Source: a virus (taxonomy: Duplodnaviria > Heunggongvirae > Uroviricota > Caudoviricetes). From it: a DNA stretch of 64,000 nt. Under the pieces are notes generated by a model. That model saw nothing but the letters and a program-made list of their open reading frames with translations, did no database searches and was not told the DNA's origin. The stretch is taken from IMG/VR virus record IMGVR_UViG_3300037067_001516; one strand, given 5' to 3'. Positions 41,514 through 53,916 of the stretch are shown here, in pieces. The stretch's first letter is position 1; each line of letters starts with the position of its first letter. The position numbers were made by a program, and so were the translations under genes.

Positions 41514-42140
41514 ATGATATCAGCTATACCATTATTACATTCGGCTTTAGAGTTTAGATTACAGATCTTGCTTAAAGCAATGTGTCAATCTAATACTCCG
41601 ATTGGTGAATCAGCAAATGTTTCTGCTAGTATCCCTTTAGTGTTGTGCAACAAACATGGTTTAAGAAAGCGCAATAGTGTAGTAGCTTATAGATTCTTTA
41701 ATAATCTGGCCTTTGAAAAATATTCTTTCGAGGATAGAAAGTTTATTAAGCATGATGATAATAAAGCTAAAGAAATATGTCATAGTGTGGATTTATCATT
41801 CTTTGTAGATCATCCTAAAGTAAATCAAAAGTTATTACAGTTATTATTCTATTCTTTAGAAACTGCTGTTGATTTTTATAATCATATCTATGATATCAGA
41901 GGTATAAAATTGTCGTCTACATCTTGGTATCAAGAATATGATTCGCATTATTATGATATGCGAGAAAAGTTTATTACTCCATTACAGCGTAAGGATTTTA
42001 AGAATGTGATGGAGTTTAAAAACACATCGTCAGTAATGATAGAAGCAATGTTTTATTTTGTTCAGAAGTCGACTGAACTTATAAGATTGCTGGATGAAAA
42101 TTTAAAAGGTTACTATGTAATGTATGAATTAAAACCATAA
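41514..42140 (+). CDS. hypothetical protein (208 aa)
   Basis: ORF. Confidence 0.55.
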   Translation: MISAIPLLHSALEFRLQILLKAMCQSNTPIGESANVSASIPLVLCNKHGLRKRNSVVAYRFFNNLAFEKYSFEDRKFIKHDDNKAKEICHSVDLSFFVDHPKVNQKLLQLLFYSLETAVDFYNHIYDIRGIKLSSTSWYQEYDSHYYDMREKFITPLQRKDFKNVMEFKNTSSVMIEAMFYFVQKSTELIRLLDENLKGYYVMYELKP

Positions 42141-42417
42141 CTTATGCCATCATTCAAATTTATTTCTACTATGATTATAGAAGCTGAGGATAAAGAGACA
42201 GCTAAAGATATCTTCTTCGATGCATGTGCAGAAAAAGACTTTGCCGCGCAAGCAAAGTGTGAAGAGATATCAGATGATATCATGGATCAATAGCTTAGCA
42301 TTAGTTAGATTAAAGTAAAGATCGGGGGCTGGAGAAATCTAGCCCCTTGATTTTTTTTGTGTGTAATGTTATAATATAAATACCCACGTTAATAATATCT
42401 AATTATTCAAATATAAT

Positions 42418-42672
42418 ATGTCTGAAAGTGAAAATGTGAAGGTAATAAGACCGAGCGCGGTCTTTAAACCTAAGGTCCAAGACAAGGCAAAATTAATTAA
42501 GTTCTATCTAGTGGGACTTGTGGGAGTTTCATTAGGGTTCGTTTTATTGTTAGCGTTAGTGTCGTTCCTGCCAGTGGCAGGGTATATTAAGATCACCAGC
42601 TTATTGCTTGGTGCTTTTTTAATTCTAGACATTCATCATTCATTGAAATGTTTTATAAATAAGGCTGAATAA
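42418..42672 (+). CDS. small membrane protein (84 aa, two TM helices)
   Basis: Hydrophobic segments LVGLVGVSLGFVLLLALVSF and SLLLGAFLILDI. Confidence 0.45.
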   Translation: MSESENVKVIRPSAVFKPKVQDKAKLIKFYLVGLVGVSLGFVLLLALVSFLPVAGYIKITSLLLGAFLILDIHHSLKCFINKAE

Positions 42673-42673
42673 T

Positions 42674-43165
42674 ATGGCTAATGAAGTAGTTGTTGCAGAT
42701 ATTGCTGCGCCAACATACAAAGATCCAGAGTATCAGGCCTTTAGAAACTTCTGGAAAAATAAACAGAACATAGGTATCTACAATGCATTGCTTAATGGCA
42801 TAACATTGAATACTATTGCCGATATGCATGGCATACCGTCGTCTTCAGTGATGGAAATCGTAACCAATAAGTTCTTCATGTCAAAGTTACAAGAGTATTT
42901 GAATGGAGTTATATTGGCTAACTCTGCAGCAAAAGTAATAGCCAGTGAAGATATCTTCAATAAGTTATGGTCCAGAGTTAAAGACGATGTAGATAAAATA
43001 CCTGTTGAAATATGCCTGAAAGAACTTGCCCGTATGCTTCCTAGCAAACCGACAGGATCTATTAATATAAACAATCCTAAGAATGTTAAGATCAATAGCA
43101 AGGGCAGTAAGGCAGATATAGATAATGATTTTGGATTCGAAGGATTACCAGACGAAAATGAGTAA
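42674..43165 (+). CDS. terminase small subunit candidate (HTH-containing, immediately upstream of the large terminase)
   Basis: Position and size; HTH-like GITLNTIADMHGIPSSSVMEIV; acidic C-terminus overlapping the terminase large subunit start. Confidence 0.45.
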   Translation: MANEVVVADIAAPTYKDPEYQAFRNFWKNKQNIGIYNALLNGITLNTIADMHGIPSSSVMEIVTNKFFMSKLQEYLNGVILANSAAKVIASEDIFNKLWSRVKDDVDKIPVEICLKELARMLPSKPTGSININNPKNVKINSKGSKADIDNDFGFEGLPDENE

Positions 43166-45659
43166 CAATAATGCATCGAGTGAAGGCATACTTAAGTGGA
43201 TAAAAGACAATGATGTAAGAACGAATAAAGGATTACCTGTTGAGTTTCATGATCATGGATTCTTATTAGAGTTTGTTAAAGATACTGCACCTAAGATAGT
43301 AGTTAGAAAATGTACCCATCCAGATACAAAAGTTTTAACAGCTAAACTTAAATGGATAGCTATTAAAGATTTGAATCAAGGTGACGAACTTGTAGGTATC
43401 AGCGAACATACCCCTATAGGAAAGGGATCACGAAGAGTATTTGAGAAGACAACTGTCTTGAGTAAACATGAAGTTGAGAAAGAATCTTTTAGGCTAACAT
43501 TAGATGACGGAAGAAGTATAATAGCTTCTAAAGATCATCCATTCCTTGGAATAAAAAGAAATATATCAGCATGGAAAACTGTTAATGAACTTAAAGTTGG
43601 AGATCAATTAAGAGTCATCACTAATGTATGGACAGACTTGCCAGACTATGAGGATGGTTGGATGGCCGGCATAATGGATGGCGAAGGTTCGCTAAAATCT
43701 CATAGGAAAGGTGGCGGAAATGATTTCGTTATTTCACAACGACCAGGGAATATATCCGATAGAGCAGAAAGTTATTTAAAAAGATATGGTTTTAAATATC
43801 ATGTGAGAGATGATCATGATATGGGTGATACCATTCATAGAAATGGACCAGTTAGAAGAATAGTCCTTAGTAGATTAAGTGATATCATGGAGTTATTAGG
43901 TAAGACTCAGACAACACGTTGGATTAATTCTAAGTTCTGGGAGGGACAAGTTGTTAGTAATTTCTTTCCAAGTACTCAAGTAAAGATTAAGTCTATAGAA
44001 AAACTTGGTACTATTAAAATGATTGATATAGAAACTAGTAGTCGTACATTTATAGCTGAGGGTATAGTTTCTCACAACTGTACCCAGGTTGGAGCTTCAT
44101 ACTCTGTTGTTGTAAAGGTATTACATCTTGGCGGACAGGCTCCACTAACAGTAGTGTATACACTGCCTACAGCTACAGACGCTAAGACGTTTGTACTTTC
44201 AAAGTTCGATCCTATCATAGAGAGATCACAGGGTTTACGCGACACTGTAGCTAAGGTTGTATTCAGAGATAAGCCTATATATAATTCTGTTGTTAAAAGA
44301 ATCGGCGAGTCTTATTACTTCTTTAAAGGTTCATGGGTAGAGTACGGGGCCCAATCAATAGACGCCGATGTCCTAGTAGTAGACGAACTGGACTTTCAGA
44401 AACCGAATGTTAAAAACATGTGGGAAGAAAGAATCGAAGGTTCATCTTCATTGGGCGTCATCTATTGGGTAGGTTACCCGTCGATCCCAGGCTTTGGTAT
44501 AGAAGAGATTTATGAATCATCTGATCAACGTAACTGGTATATAGAATGCGGGCATTGCCATAAAAGACAGACACTTACTTGGCCAGATTCTATAGACTTT
44601 GTCAAAGAGATATATCATTGTAAATTCTGTAAGGAAGAATTGTCCAATGATATGCGCAGACGTGGGATGTGGAAAGCTAAGTTCCAAGGTAGAGAAATAC
44701 ATGGCTACTACATCAACAAGCTGATGGCGCCGTGGATATCTGCTGCTCATATTATCAATCGATTCAAAATAGATACACCTAAAAAGTTTTATAACTTTAC
44801 ATTAGGGTTACCATATTTAAATAAGAAGTCAGATATAACAGATGATGTTATATCAAGAAACTCTGTCGATGAAGACGAGTTCATGAACTTTAAGAAAACT
44901 GTTGGAACAAAAGTTATAATGGGGATAGATCAAGGAGATATATTCCATATGCTAGTAGTGTTAGCCAATGAAAATGGGCTAATGTTAGCAGCATCTGAAG
45001 AACTTAGATCAGAAGATGATGTGCTTGCTAAGCTAAGGTTCTACCGTCCAGACATAGTGGTGATGGACATGAACCCCAACCGGCATACCGCCAAGAAACT
45101 ACGTGAAGACTATGGGCGCGATAAATTATTTATGGGTAATGAAAAGAATTGGTCAGAGAACATGGGCAGTGATCGTAGTTATTTCAAACTTAATAGAGCT
45201 TCAGGCGAGATTGCTATCGAACGTACTGAATCATTGGACGAGATGATCGAATTAATAGTAAATAATAGAATAAAATTCAGAAGAACAGTCCCGAAACTTA
45301 AAGGCAAGGACAAGAATGCTCCAGGTATCATAGAGATGATTAAGAATCTTGTCCCAGATATACAGGAACAACATGGAAAGATGAGACGTATATATAAAGC
45401 AGTGGGCCCTGATCATTATGGTCATGCTTTAAACTTTGCAGTCATAGGCGCTAACATTTTATTTCCTAATCTTAGGATTTCTAAGTTTGGTATTAATAAA
45501 CTGTCGGTACCTAAGCCAGATGAGGTTAAAAAACCGTGGTATCATGCGGACTTTGAGAAAAGAGTAGAAGCTTTTTCTGGTAGAGATTCAATTATTATAA
45601 AACCCGAGGGAAGAAATGCTCCAATGGCCGAGGATCTTTTTCCCAGGGAAAACATTTAA
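43125..45659 (+). CDS. terminase large subunit interrupted by a 256-aa LAGLIDADG intein (probable start at internal ATG 43158)
   Basis: ATPase Walker-B-like ADVLVVDELD; RNaseH-fold nuclease motif MGIDQGD...D; intein blocks described in the separate intein feature. Confidence 0.7.
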   Translation: MILDSKDYQTKMSNNNASSEGILKWIKDNDVRTNKGLPVEFHDHGFLLEFVKDTAPKIVVRKCTHPDTKVLTAKLKWIAIKDLNQGDELVGISEHTPIGKGSRRVFEKTTVLSKHEVEKESFRLTLDDGRSIIASKDHPFLGIKRNISAWKTVNELKVGDQLRVITNVWTDLPDYEDGWMAGIMDGEGSLKSHRKGGGNDFVISQRPGNISDRAESYLKRYGFKYHVRDDHDMGDTIHRNGPVRRIVLSRLSDIMELLGKTQTTRWINSKFWEGQVVSNFFPSTQVKIKSIEKLGTIKMIDIETSSRTFIAEGIVSHNCTQVGASYSVVVKVLHLGGQAPLTVVYTLPTATDAKTFVLSKFDPIIERSQGLRDTVAKVVFRDKPIYNSVVKRIGESYYFFKGSWVEYGAQSIDADVLVVDELDFQKPNVKNMWEERIEGSSSLGVIYWVGYPSIPGFGIEEIYESSDQRNWYIECGHCHKRQTLTWPDSIDFVKEIYHCKFCKEELSNDMRRRGMWKAKFQGREIHGYYINKLMAPWISAAHIINRFKIDTPKKFYNFTLGLPYLNKKSDITDDVISRNSVDEDEFMNFKKTVGTKVIMGIDQGDIFHMLVVLANENGLMLAASEELRSEDDVLAKLRFYRPDIVVMDMNPNRHTAKKLREDYGRDKLFMGNEKNWSENMGSDRSYFKLNRASGEIAIERTESLDEMIELIVNNRIKFRRTVPKLKGKDKNAPGIIEMIKNLVPDIQEQHGKMRRIYKAVGPDHYGHALNFAVIGANILFPNLRISKFGINKLSVPKPDEVKKPWYHADFEKRVEAFSGRDSIIIKPEGRNAPMAEDLFPRENI
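43311..44078 (+). other. intein (Hint domain plus LAGLIDADG homing endonuclease domain) within the terminase large subunit
   Basis: Starts Cys (block A CTHPDTKVL) at residue 63, ends IVSHN followed by Cys +1; block B SKDHPF; WMAGIMDGEGS LAGLIDADG motif. Boundaries inferred from motifs. Confidence 0.6.
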
Positions 45660-45695
45660 ATAAATCATGTCCCGTAATTCGGGCTTGTAAAATCT

Positions 45696-48155
45696 ATGGA
45701 TACATCGAAACTCTTTTCTAGAGTTATAGATGCTCAAGAAAAACATAATCAATTTCTTGATGCTACTCAAAAGAATATTTCTTATTTTCTGTTTGGCAAG
45801 AACATAGACTTAATAAGAAAAGCAACACCTACTACATTGCCTATTGTAGACATACTAAGTGTCATCAATAATTTTAATCCGTCACCAGACAACCCGTTAC
45901 ATAATATTGTTTCAGCTTTTACAGATGAGATATCTGTTTCAGATTTTAAAACTACAGTTAAACCTTACCCGGTAGAAGGCCAGGAGCCTTATGATTCATA
46001 TGCTGATACGCTTGAATCATATCTTGGTAAGATACATCGTGAATCAAGACGAAGAACATACATGAAAGCCTTGGCATTTGAATTATTATGCCATGGTTAT
46101 TTTGGTATTTACTTTGATGGTATAAGATATTATTTCCTGACAGCATATGATCTTATCCCTGGTGATAAAGGTGTACTTGAACCAGAAGCTCAACCATTCT
46201 GGACAAGAAAGACACAAGCTAATAGAGCTGTGCTAAGAAGCTGCGGTGTAGATCCGTCAACTGAATCTGCTATCTTTGGTACGACAGATGAACTTGAAAT
46301 GTTCGCAGTATATGACGTATATGTTAAGAGCCAAGATCTTAACATTGGGTTTACTCAGAGTGGTAAAGTTTTATATACCCAACCATTTAGAACACCTAAG
46401 AACTACCCTCTATTTATTGCTAATACTAGTGAATTAATAAATAGTTTCTATCCAGTTCCTATTATGTCTTCTTTAGTCCAGAAGTTGAAAGACTTCCAGG
46501 ATGCAAAGACTTCTATAAAAGAATCTTCTTCATCTATTGCCAAACCTATGCTGGTTTACGACGACGATGCCGGTATAGATGTTAATAAACTTTTACTTGC
46601 ATTGAAGCAAGGTTATAAGCACGTTATTGTTGGTAAGAATCGTGAAGGTGACATCAACTTCAAGGCGCCTGGACAATTGCCAGCTTATGCTCAGATGCTT
46701 CCTGAACAAATCGAGGAAGATATTATGAAAGACTTGGGACTTAACAAAGCTTTCATGGGATTCGCAAGCCAAGGGGCCAGAGAACGTGGAGCTTTAGCTA
46801 GATTAATCAAGACTTCATTCAGAAGACTTGCTTCATTGTCTGGTTTGATTGAAGACGTCTTCACAGATCTCGACAAATATATAATCGATTATACTCAAGC
46901 TCACAGAATGAGTCTCCATAATAATATCGGGTTTAATATCGAAGAGATTTTTTCTGGTAACATAGACTATGTTCCAACCGAAAGATTCATAGCTTATTCT
47001 ACTGAAGATAGCTATGAGAATAAGATGTTCATCATGAATCAATGGAGAAGTAAACTTATGTCATCTGTCGACGCGTTGGAACAACTAGGTGACAGAACAC
47101 CTAAGAAAACATTGAGCAAGATCAAGCAGGAAACTCTTGACGCCCAGCTTAGTATTGTAGAAAACCAAAAGAAAGCTGCTACCCAAGTAAACTTAAGCAT
47201 GTTCGATATAATATCAGGGAAACTCAATGCTCAATTGAAATTCAGATACTATCTATCTCCATTAGCTGGCAATAAAATGCTAGTTAAAGTAAGCATGGCC
47301 GATGCTAAGATGGCAGCGTTCATGTTGAACGATATGTCAAATGATGTTCTAATAGAACCCACGTTAGATTTCGAAGAGAAGCCTGAAGGTCAGAACAATC
47401 CATCACCTATAGTTCCCCCGGCGCCAGTTGTACAGTCTTACGGGCAGTTAGATCAGAATGGTCAGCCAATAGCATCAGCAGAACAACCTATTGCTCCATC
47501 AGGGCCGACGGCACCTGAAGCACCTACTCCAACTCCTACTCCTGTTGGTCAACCAGTCGAAGAAACTCGCGGGCGTCCGGCATCTGCTGCTCCAGTAGTT
47601 GAAACTCCAACTGCTAGTGCAGATATTAAAGAGGAACCTACCTCTGCGGCAGTAGAACAGTTTGATCCTAATGAGATTAACCAATATATATCTAAGACAA
47701 AAGTTCTTTATGACATAGACAAGTATAAAGACTTACCGGCTATGTATATGGTTGAGCCTCATGCTAAATGGATCTATCTTGGACGCAAGATGGCCCTTGT
47801 TATGGCTACTAATACTCCTGAAGCCTTAAATAAACCGATGTTATTTATAGGAAAGCAGGTCTATGGTATAATTGTATTAAAGAAAATTATATCTGAGTTT
47901 GATTTCAAAGCTACACAGAAGTATCACCTAGTAAATGACCGGGAAAAGATGCGCTGGTGGGGCGATAAACCGGTATACTTATACTTGTTTGAATTCTATC
48001 CTCTAAAATATCCTTTTGATTATAAAAAGATACCTGGCATACAAACATTTGTGCCAAAGATAGAAATCATTAACGAAGAATCATATGATCAATCAACAGA
48101 ACAAACAACAAGCGGCCAAGAAGTTGCTCCAGTCCAAGCTGAAGATCAAACTTAA
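45696..48155 (+). CDS. portal protein candidate (819 aa) with internal Pro/Ala/Thr-rich low-complexity linker
   Basis: Gene order (immediately after the terminase large subunit), size; low-complexity PTPTPTP region before the C-terminal domain. Confidence 0.5.
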   Translation: MDTSKLFSRVIDAQEKHNQFLDATQKNISYFLFGKNIDLIRKATPTTLPIVDILSVINNFNPSPDNPLHNIVSAFTDEISVSDFKTTVKPYPVEGQEPYDSYADTLESYLGKIHRESRRRTYMKALAFELLCHGYFGIYFDGIRYYFLTAYDLIPGDKGVLEPEAQPFWTRKTQANRAVLRSCGVDPSTESAIFGTTDELEMFAVYDVYVKSQDLNIGFTQSGKVLYTQPFRTPKNYPLFIANTSELINSFYPVPIMSSLVQKLKDFQDAKTSIKESSSSIAKPMLVYDDDAGIDVNKLLLALKQGYKHVIVGKNREGDINFKAPGQLPAYAQMLPEQIEEDIMKDLGLNKAFMGFASQGARERGALARLIKTSFRRLASLSGLIEDVFTDLDKYIIDYTQAHRMSLHNNIGFNIEEIFSGNIDYVPTERFIAYSTEDSYENKMFIMNQWRSKLMSSVDALEQLGDRTPKKTLSKIKQETLDAQLSIVENQKKAATQVNLSMFDIISGKLNAQLKFRYYLSPLAGNKMLVKVSMADAKMAAFMLNDMSNDVLIEPTLDFEEKPEGQNNPSPIVPPAPVVQSYGQLDQNGQPIASAEQPIAPSGPTAPEAPTPTPTPVGQPVEETRGRPASAAPVVETPTASADIKEEPTSAAVEQFDPNEINQYISKTKVLYDIDKYKDLPAMYMVEPHAKWIYLGRKMALVMATNTPEALNKPMLFIGKQVYGIIVLKKIISEFDFKATQKYHLVNDREKMRWWGDKPVYLYLFEFYPLKYPFDYKKIPGIQTFVPKIEIINEESYDQSTEQTTSGQEVAPVQAEDQT

Positions 48156-48405
48156 GCGCGAAGACAATCCGGATGGTACGTACTGGCTTGAACAAAGCAA
48201 AGACGATACATCAGATTGGGTTCAACTAGCCAATAGTGGAATCTTTGTTGAACAATTGATCAGCGAAGATAATAAGCTATTAAAAAAGGTTCGACTCGAT
48301 GGTAAAATTTATACATACGATCAGGCCGTCGATAAGTTCCCGATTATATTAGGTAATAATAATTTATTCCCGAACAAGATTTCAATGTCTATCGGGGCTA
48401 AGTAA
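48085..48405 (+). CDS. hypothetical head-module protein (start probably just downstream of the portal stop)
   Basis: ORF overlapping the portal 3' end. Confidence 0.4.
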   Translation: MINQQNKQQAAKKLLQSKLKIKLKREDNPDGTYWLEQSKDDTSDWVQLANSGIFVEQLISEDNKLLKKVRLDGKIYTYDQAVDKFPIILGNNNLFPNKISMSIGAK

Positions 48406-48410
48406 AATAT

Positions 48411-48773
48411 ATGTTAAAAGAAACAAAGGCAGCTAATGCTTCTCAGCAAGCTGCTATAGCATTGCAAGATAAACTCAAACAAACATTAATATCAAAACTT
48501 CCTAGAGAGGTTATGGGTGTCGGGAATTATACAAATGCTGCAAAAGCTATAGGCAGATTCATAGCAGATAGCGACTATAAAGGCGCTCGCAATTATGTTG
48601 CAAAGCAATTATATATGATAGGGCCTCCAGTTAATATTATAGCTGCAGAAAAAGCTAAACAAGCTGCGGCTGCCGCTCTTCAGAAAAGTATTGCTGATAA
48701 AAAGGATCAGAAATTTAAGAACTTACCTAAGTTGGACGCAGATCGCGGGCCCTATACTCCATCTATACAATAA
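48411..48773 (+). CDS. hypothetical Ala/Lys-rich protein (120 aa)
   Basis: ORF. Confidence 0.5.
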   Translation: MLKETKAANASQQAAIALQDKLKQTLISKLPREVMGVGNYTNAAKAIGRFIADSDYKGARNYVAKQLYMIGPPVNIIAAEKAKQAAAAALQKSIADKKDQKFKNLPKLDADRGPYTPSIQ

Positions 48774-48791
48774 CTTACTTAGTTAATTTAT

Positions 48792-49616
48792 ATGGCATCA
48801 TCAATGACACAAATTTGGGACGACAAGCAAGGCAAGTATGTTGATTATGATATGGGAAAAGGATTCGAAAAGATTGCCGTTCCAGCTACTCCATCAACAT
48901 CATCAACTATGGCGGATGATGCTAAGAAGATGGATGAAATATATAAACCAATAGCCGCTGCCGCGTTAGCATCTAATACAACCGATAAAGATTACAAACC
49001 TTATAGTGGTATGACCCCGGCAGAACAAGCGCAAGCTTTATCAGCTGCGTTAGCTAACAATAAAATTGTAGAGGCCAGTGCATTGGCATGGAATGCTAGT
49101 AGATATCCGGGTGAAGTTCTTACCGGACCATCAGCTGCTACCATTTGGAACCCAGATACTGGGACTAAAGTTGCTGTACGTCTTGATCAAAAGACAGGTA
49201 AAGTCGTAGAAGAAGATCTTCTTAAACTTCCTGATGATATGAATCTAATTAAAGGTGGTAAGTGGAAACTATGGACTGGTGGTATGGCATCAGGTATAGA
49301 AGCTCGCGCAGCCATTACAAATACTCCGGTACCGCAAGCTAATACAGTTAAACAAGCAGTGGTTACACCGCCATCAACTGTAGCTAAAACTCCAGTGGTT
49401 ACAACTTCTGCTCCGATTGTTATTAAGACTGGTAGTATTTATGTAGATAATATAAAAGAACTTCCTAAATTAGTAGGAATGACTCAGAAGGATTCAACTG
49501 GAAAGATCTGGCTCGATCCATCAAGAGCTCAATATATTGGGACAATGGCAGAAGTTGCGAAGATTCCAGAGAATAAACGGGTTCTTTTAAATGGAAAGTA
49601 TTATAAAATTTTATAA
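48792..49616 (+). CDS. hypothetical head-module protein (274 aa)
   Basis: ORF. Confidence 0.55.
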   Translation: MASSMTQIWDDKQGKYVDYDMGKGFEKIAVPATPSTSSTMADDAKKMDEIYKPIAAAALASNTTDKDYKPYSGMTPAEQAQALSAALANNKIVEASALAWNASRYPGEVLTGPSAATIWNPDTGTKVAVRLDQKTGKVVEEDLLKLPDDMNLIKGGKWKLWTGGMASGIEARAAITNTPVPQANTVKQAVVTPPSTVAKTPVVTTSAPIVIKTGSIYVDNIKELPKLVGMTQKDSTGKIWLDPSRAQYIGTMAEVAKIPENKRVLLNGKYYKIL

Positions 49617-49631
49617 TTAAATATCAAATTT

Positions 49632-49829
49632 ATGTCAAGTTCAAACATGCCCTGGTCAGAATCAACTATGACTTCTAAACCAGGCGTTGCCGGTAAAGGC
49701 AAAAGAGTAGTCGCCGCTGGTATTCTTGGAAAAAAAGCAGCTGCTAAAAAAGATGACAAGAAAAAAGTCGTTCCTTTCTGGTTAAAGAAAAAAGCAGCTG
49801 GTTCTTTAAAGAAATCTTGTAAAAAATAA
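49632..49829 (+). CDS. small highly basic Lys/Ala-rich protein (65 aa; histone-like or internal head protein candidate)
   Basis: KKAAAKKDDKKKVVPFWLKKKAAGSLKK. Confidence 0.45.
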   Translation: MSSSNMPWSESTMTSKPGVAGKGKRVVAAGILGKKAAAKKDDKKKVVPFWLKKKAAGSLKKSCKK

Positions 49830-49830
49830 T

Positions 49831-49998
49831 ATGTCTGCTGATTGGATAGGCAAAGCATTTAAGTCTATTGATAAGCGCGGGACTGCCGGTTCATGTACCG
49901 GTGCAAAATTTGGTAGCGCGTCTTGCCCTGTTGGTTCTGCCAGATATAATATGGCGAAGACATTACGCAAGATGGCAGCTGGTAGACTTAAAAAATAA
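49831..49998 (+). CDS. small basic protein (55 aa)
   Basis: MSADWIGKAFK...RKMAAGRLKK; fills the gap before GroES; below the ORF-track cutoff. Confidence 0.35.
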   Translation: MSADWIGKAFKSIDKRGTAGSCTGAKFGSASCPVGSARYNMAKTLRKMAAGRLKK

Positions 49999-50007
49999 TA
50001 ATTCATT

Positions 50008-51902
<1,895 letters not shown>

Positions 51903-52006
51903 TAATAAACATCATAATTTGACCGGATTAGTTATTTGTTATATAATAATAGATATAATCCACACTTTTTCTTAGACAAGGCAGTTATTAATCTAATAAA
52001 AAAATT

Positions 52007-52750
52007 ATGGACCCAATTAATCCAATTGTACCAGAACCCGTGGCACCTGTTCCTGCCCCAGCCCCTACACCCGCGCCAGTTGATCCGCAACCTGCGGACC
52101 CGGCAAAGATGCAGGCTGATAGAGAACAAGCATTACAGGACGCATTAGACGCTGCCTTAGATCAACTTAATACACCAGCTACTCCAGGAGATCCAACTCC
52201 AGTTGTACCACCTACTCCAGCGCCAGTTGTGCCGCCGGCACCAGTTGATCCGATCCCACCAGTTAAACCGGAACCTATTAAGCCAGTGGCTCCAACACCA
52301 AGCGACACAGAAACAATGGCTGAGACAATGTCTAAGATCTTAAAAAATCAAGAGGATTTAAATCAGAAGTATACTAATCTTGAATTGAAAGACGAAATGA
52401 TTGCAATGACTTCTGAATTAAGGACTGCTATTATCCAATTCCCTCATGCAAATGAGAAGGATGTACTGGCAGACATAGAAAAAGGTTCAGAGAAATCAAT
52501 TACAGAACTGGCTAAAGAGTCTCATGAAAGATACACCGTATTAGTTTCAGATATAGAGAAAAAAACAGAAGAGAGACTTCGCGAACAACTCAAAAAAGAG
52601 TACGAGGGCAAGATATCAGTCCCTCAATCCGGAGGTTCTTCTTCGACTCCAGCGCCAGATTCCCATGGCTTACCACCCTTTGCTCGATCAACTAACGACG
52701 ACGATGCATGGGCTAATGCCTTAAAGGAGTCTAAAAACGCGGGAGTATAA
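52007..52750 (+). CDS. scaffolding-protein candidate: Pro/Ala-rich N-terminus then acidic helical region (247 aa)
   Basis: Position immediately upstream of the capsid candidate; composition only. Confidence 0.4.
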   Translation: MDPINPIVPEPVAPVPAPAPTPAPVDPQPADPAKMQADREQALQDALDAALDQLNTPATPGDPTPVVPPTPAPVVPPAPVDPIPPVKPEPIKPVAPTPSDTETMAETMSKILKNQEDLNQKYTNLELKDEMIAMTSELRTAIIQFPHANEKDVLADIEKGSEKSITELAKESHERYTVLVSDIEKKTEERLREQLKKEYEGKISVPQSGGSSSTPAPDSHGLPPFARSTNDDDAWANALKESKNAGV

Positions 52751-52787
52751 GCAACTGTATTATTTAGATTAAAAATAATACAAACAT

Positions 52788-53855
52788 ATGGCAGAAACAA
52801 TTCTGACCGAACTGGAGACATCAACTAACTACAGATTCATGCCGTTAGTAGTCAACCAGATCTATCAGGGTTCTCCTCTTTTGGAACGCATTTTCAAAGC
52901 TTCCAAAGAAGGTGACTTCGGTCTAGCTTTACCATCTTTTGATGGCCGCGAGATCGTCGAACCGTTAGAAGTCGGATACGTAACAGCGCAAGCTAAAGGT
53001 ACTGGTGCTGATGTCACTGATTCAGTCGGTGCATACACAACAGCTACAACTTGGGCTGCAGGTTCACAAGATATATTAGCTGGCGCCCATTACGCTTGGA
53101 AAATGTATCACGTAACATTAAAAATCCATAACATCACAGTCGCTGAAAATGCTGGCTCTTCTAGAATCTTGGATATAGCTGCGATTAAACTTCGTAATGC
53201 TACTAAGAGATTGAGAAAAGCTATTGCTACTGATGCATACGGCACAGCAGTCGATGGTGATGCTGATGGAAAGATGATCGGATTACAAGGCGTAACAGTC
53301 GGTGATCCAGGATCAGAAACATTAGTAGGCGGTATTGATATGGATGATTATGCTTGGTGGCGTGGTTATTTAGATTCTTCAACTACCATCCTAACTTGGG
53401 ATGCGTTGAATGCTATGTGGCATGACACAAAGAAATTCGGAGAAGACAATGATGCTGCTACAGTAATGTTTACCACAGCTGGCGTACTCGAAGCTTATGA
53501 AAACTCATTAAGCAAAAGAGTAATGACTGGCACAGCCGGAACAAGTTATTTTGCAGGTACTCAGTTTACTGATACCATGTCAAATAACAAGCGTGTAGCT
53601 TATGGAGGCTATGATGCGTTCTTCTTCAAGAACATTCCGATGATCGAAGATCCATATGCCACAGCTAAAAATCTTTTCATGTTGAATGAAAAGTATATTA
53701 ACTGGAGAGTGCTTAAGAACTTTGAATCAACTGGTTGGCAACAACTAAGAACTCAAGGACAAGATTATATGCAAACCACTATCTTCGGATATGGTGCATT
53801 GACCTTCAGCTCTTTACAGAAGTTGGGCAGATTCTCTAACATAACCGAAGCTTAA
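52788..53855 (+). CDS. major capsid protein candidate (355 aa)
   Basis: Gene order; locally elevated GC and codon bias; two strong terminators directly downstream. Confidence 0.5.
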   Translation: MAETILTELETSTNYRFMPLVVNQIYQGSPLLERIFKASKEGDFGLALPSFDGREIVEPLEVGYVTAQAKGTGADVTDSVGAYTTATTWAAGSQDILAGAHYAWKMYHVTLKIHNITVAENAGSSRILDIAAIKLRNATKRLRKAIATDAYGTAVDGDADGKMIGLQGVTVGDPGSETLVGGIDMDDYAWWRGYLDSSTTILTWDALNAMWHDTKKFGEDNDAATVMFTTAGVLEAYENSLSKRVMTGTAGTSYFAGTQFTDTMSNNKRVAYGGYDAFFFKNIPMIEDPYATAKNLFMLNEKYINWRVLKNFESTGWQQLRTQGQDYMQTTIFGYGALTFSSLQKLGRFSNITEA

Positions 53856-53882
53856 TAGCTGCGCGTTTATATAGGACATTAA

Positions 53883-53908
53883 GCAGGGCGAAAGCTCTGC
53901 TTTTTGTT
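53883..53908 (+). terminator. rho-independent terminator (GCAGGGC-GAAA-GCTCTGC then TTTTTGTT)
   Basis: Hairpin plus T-run read directly. Confidence 0.6.
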
Positions 53909-53916
53909 ATACAAAA

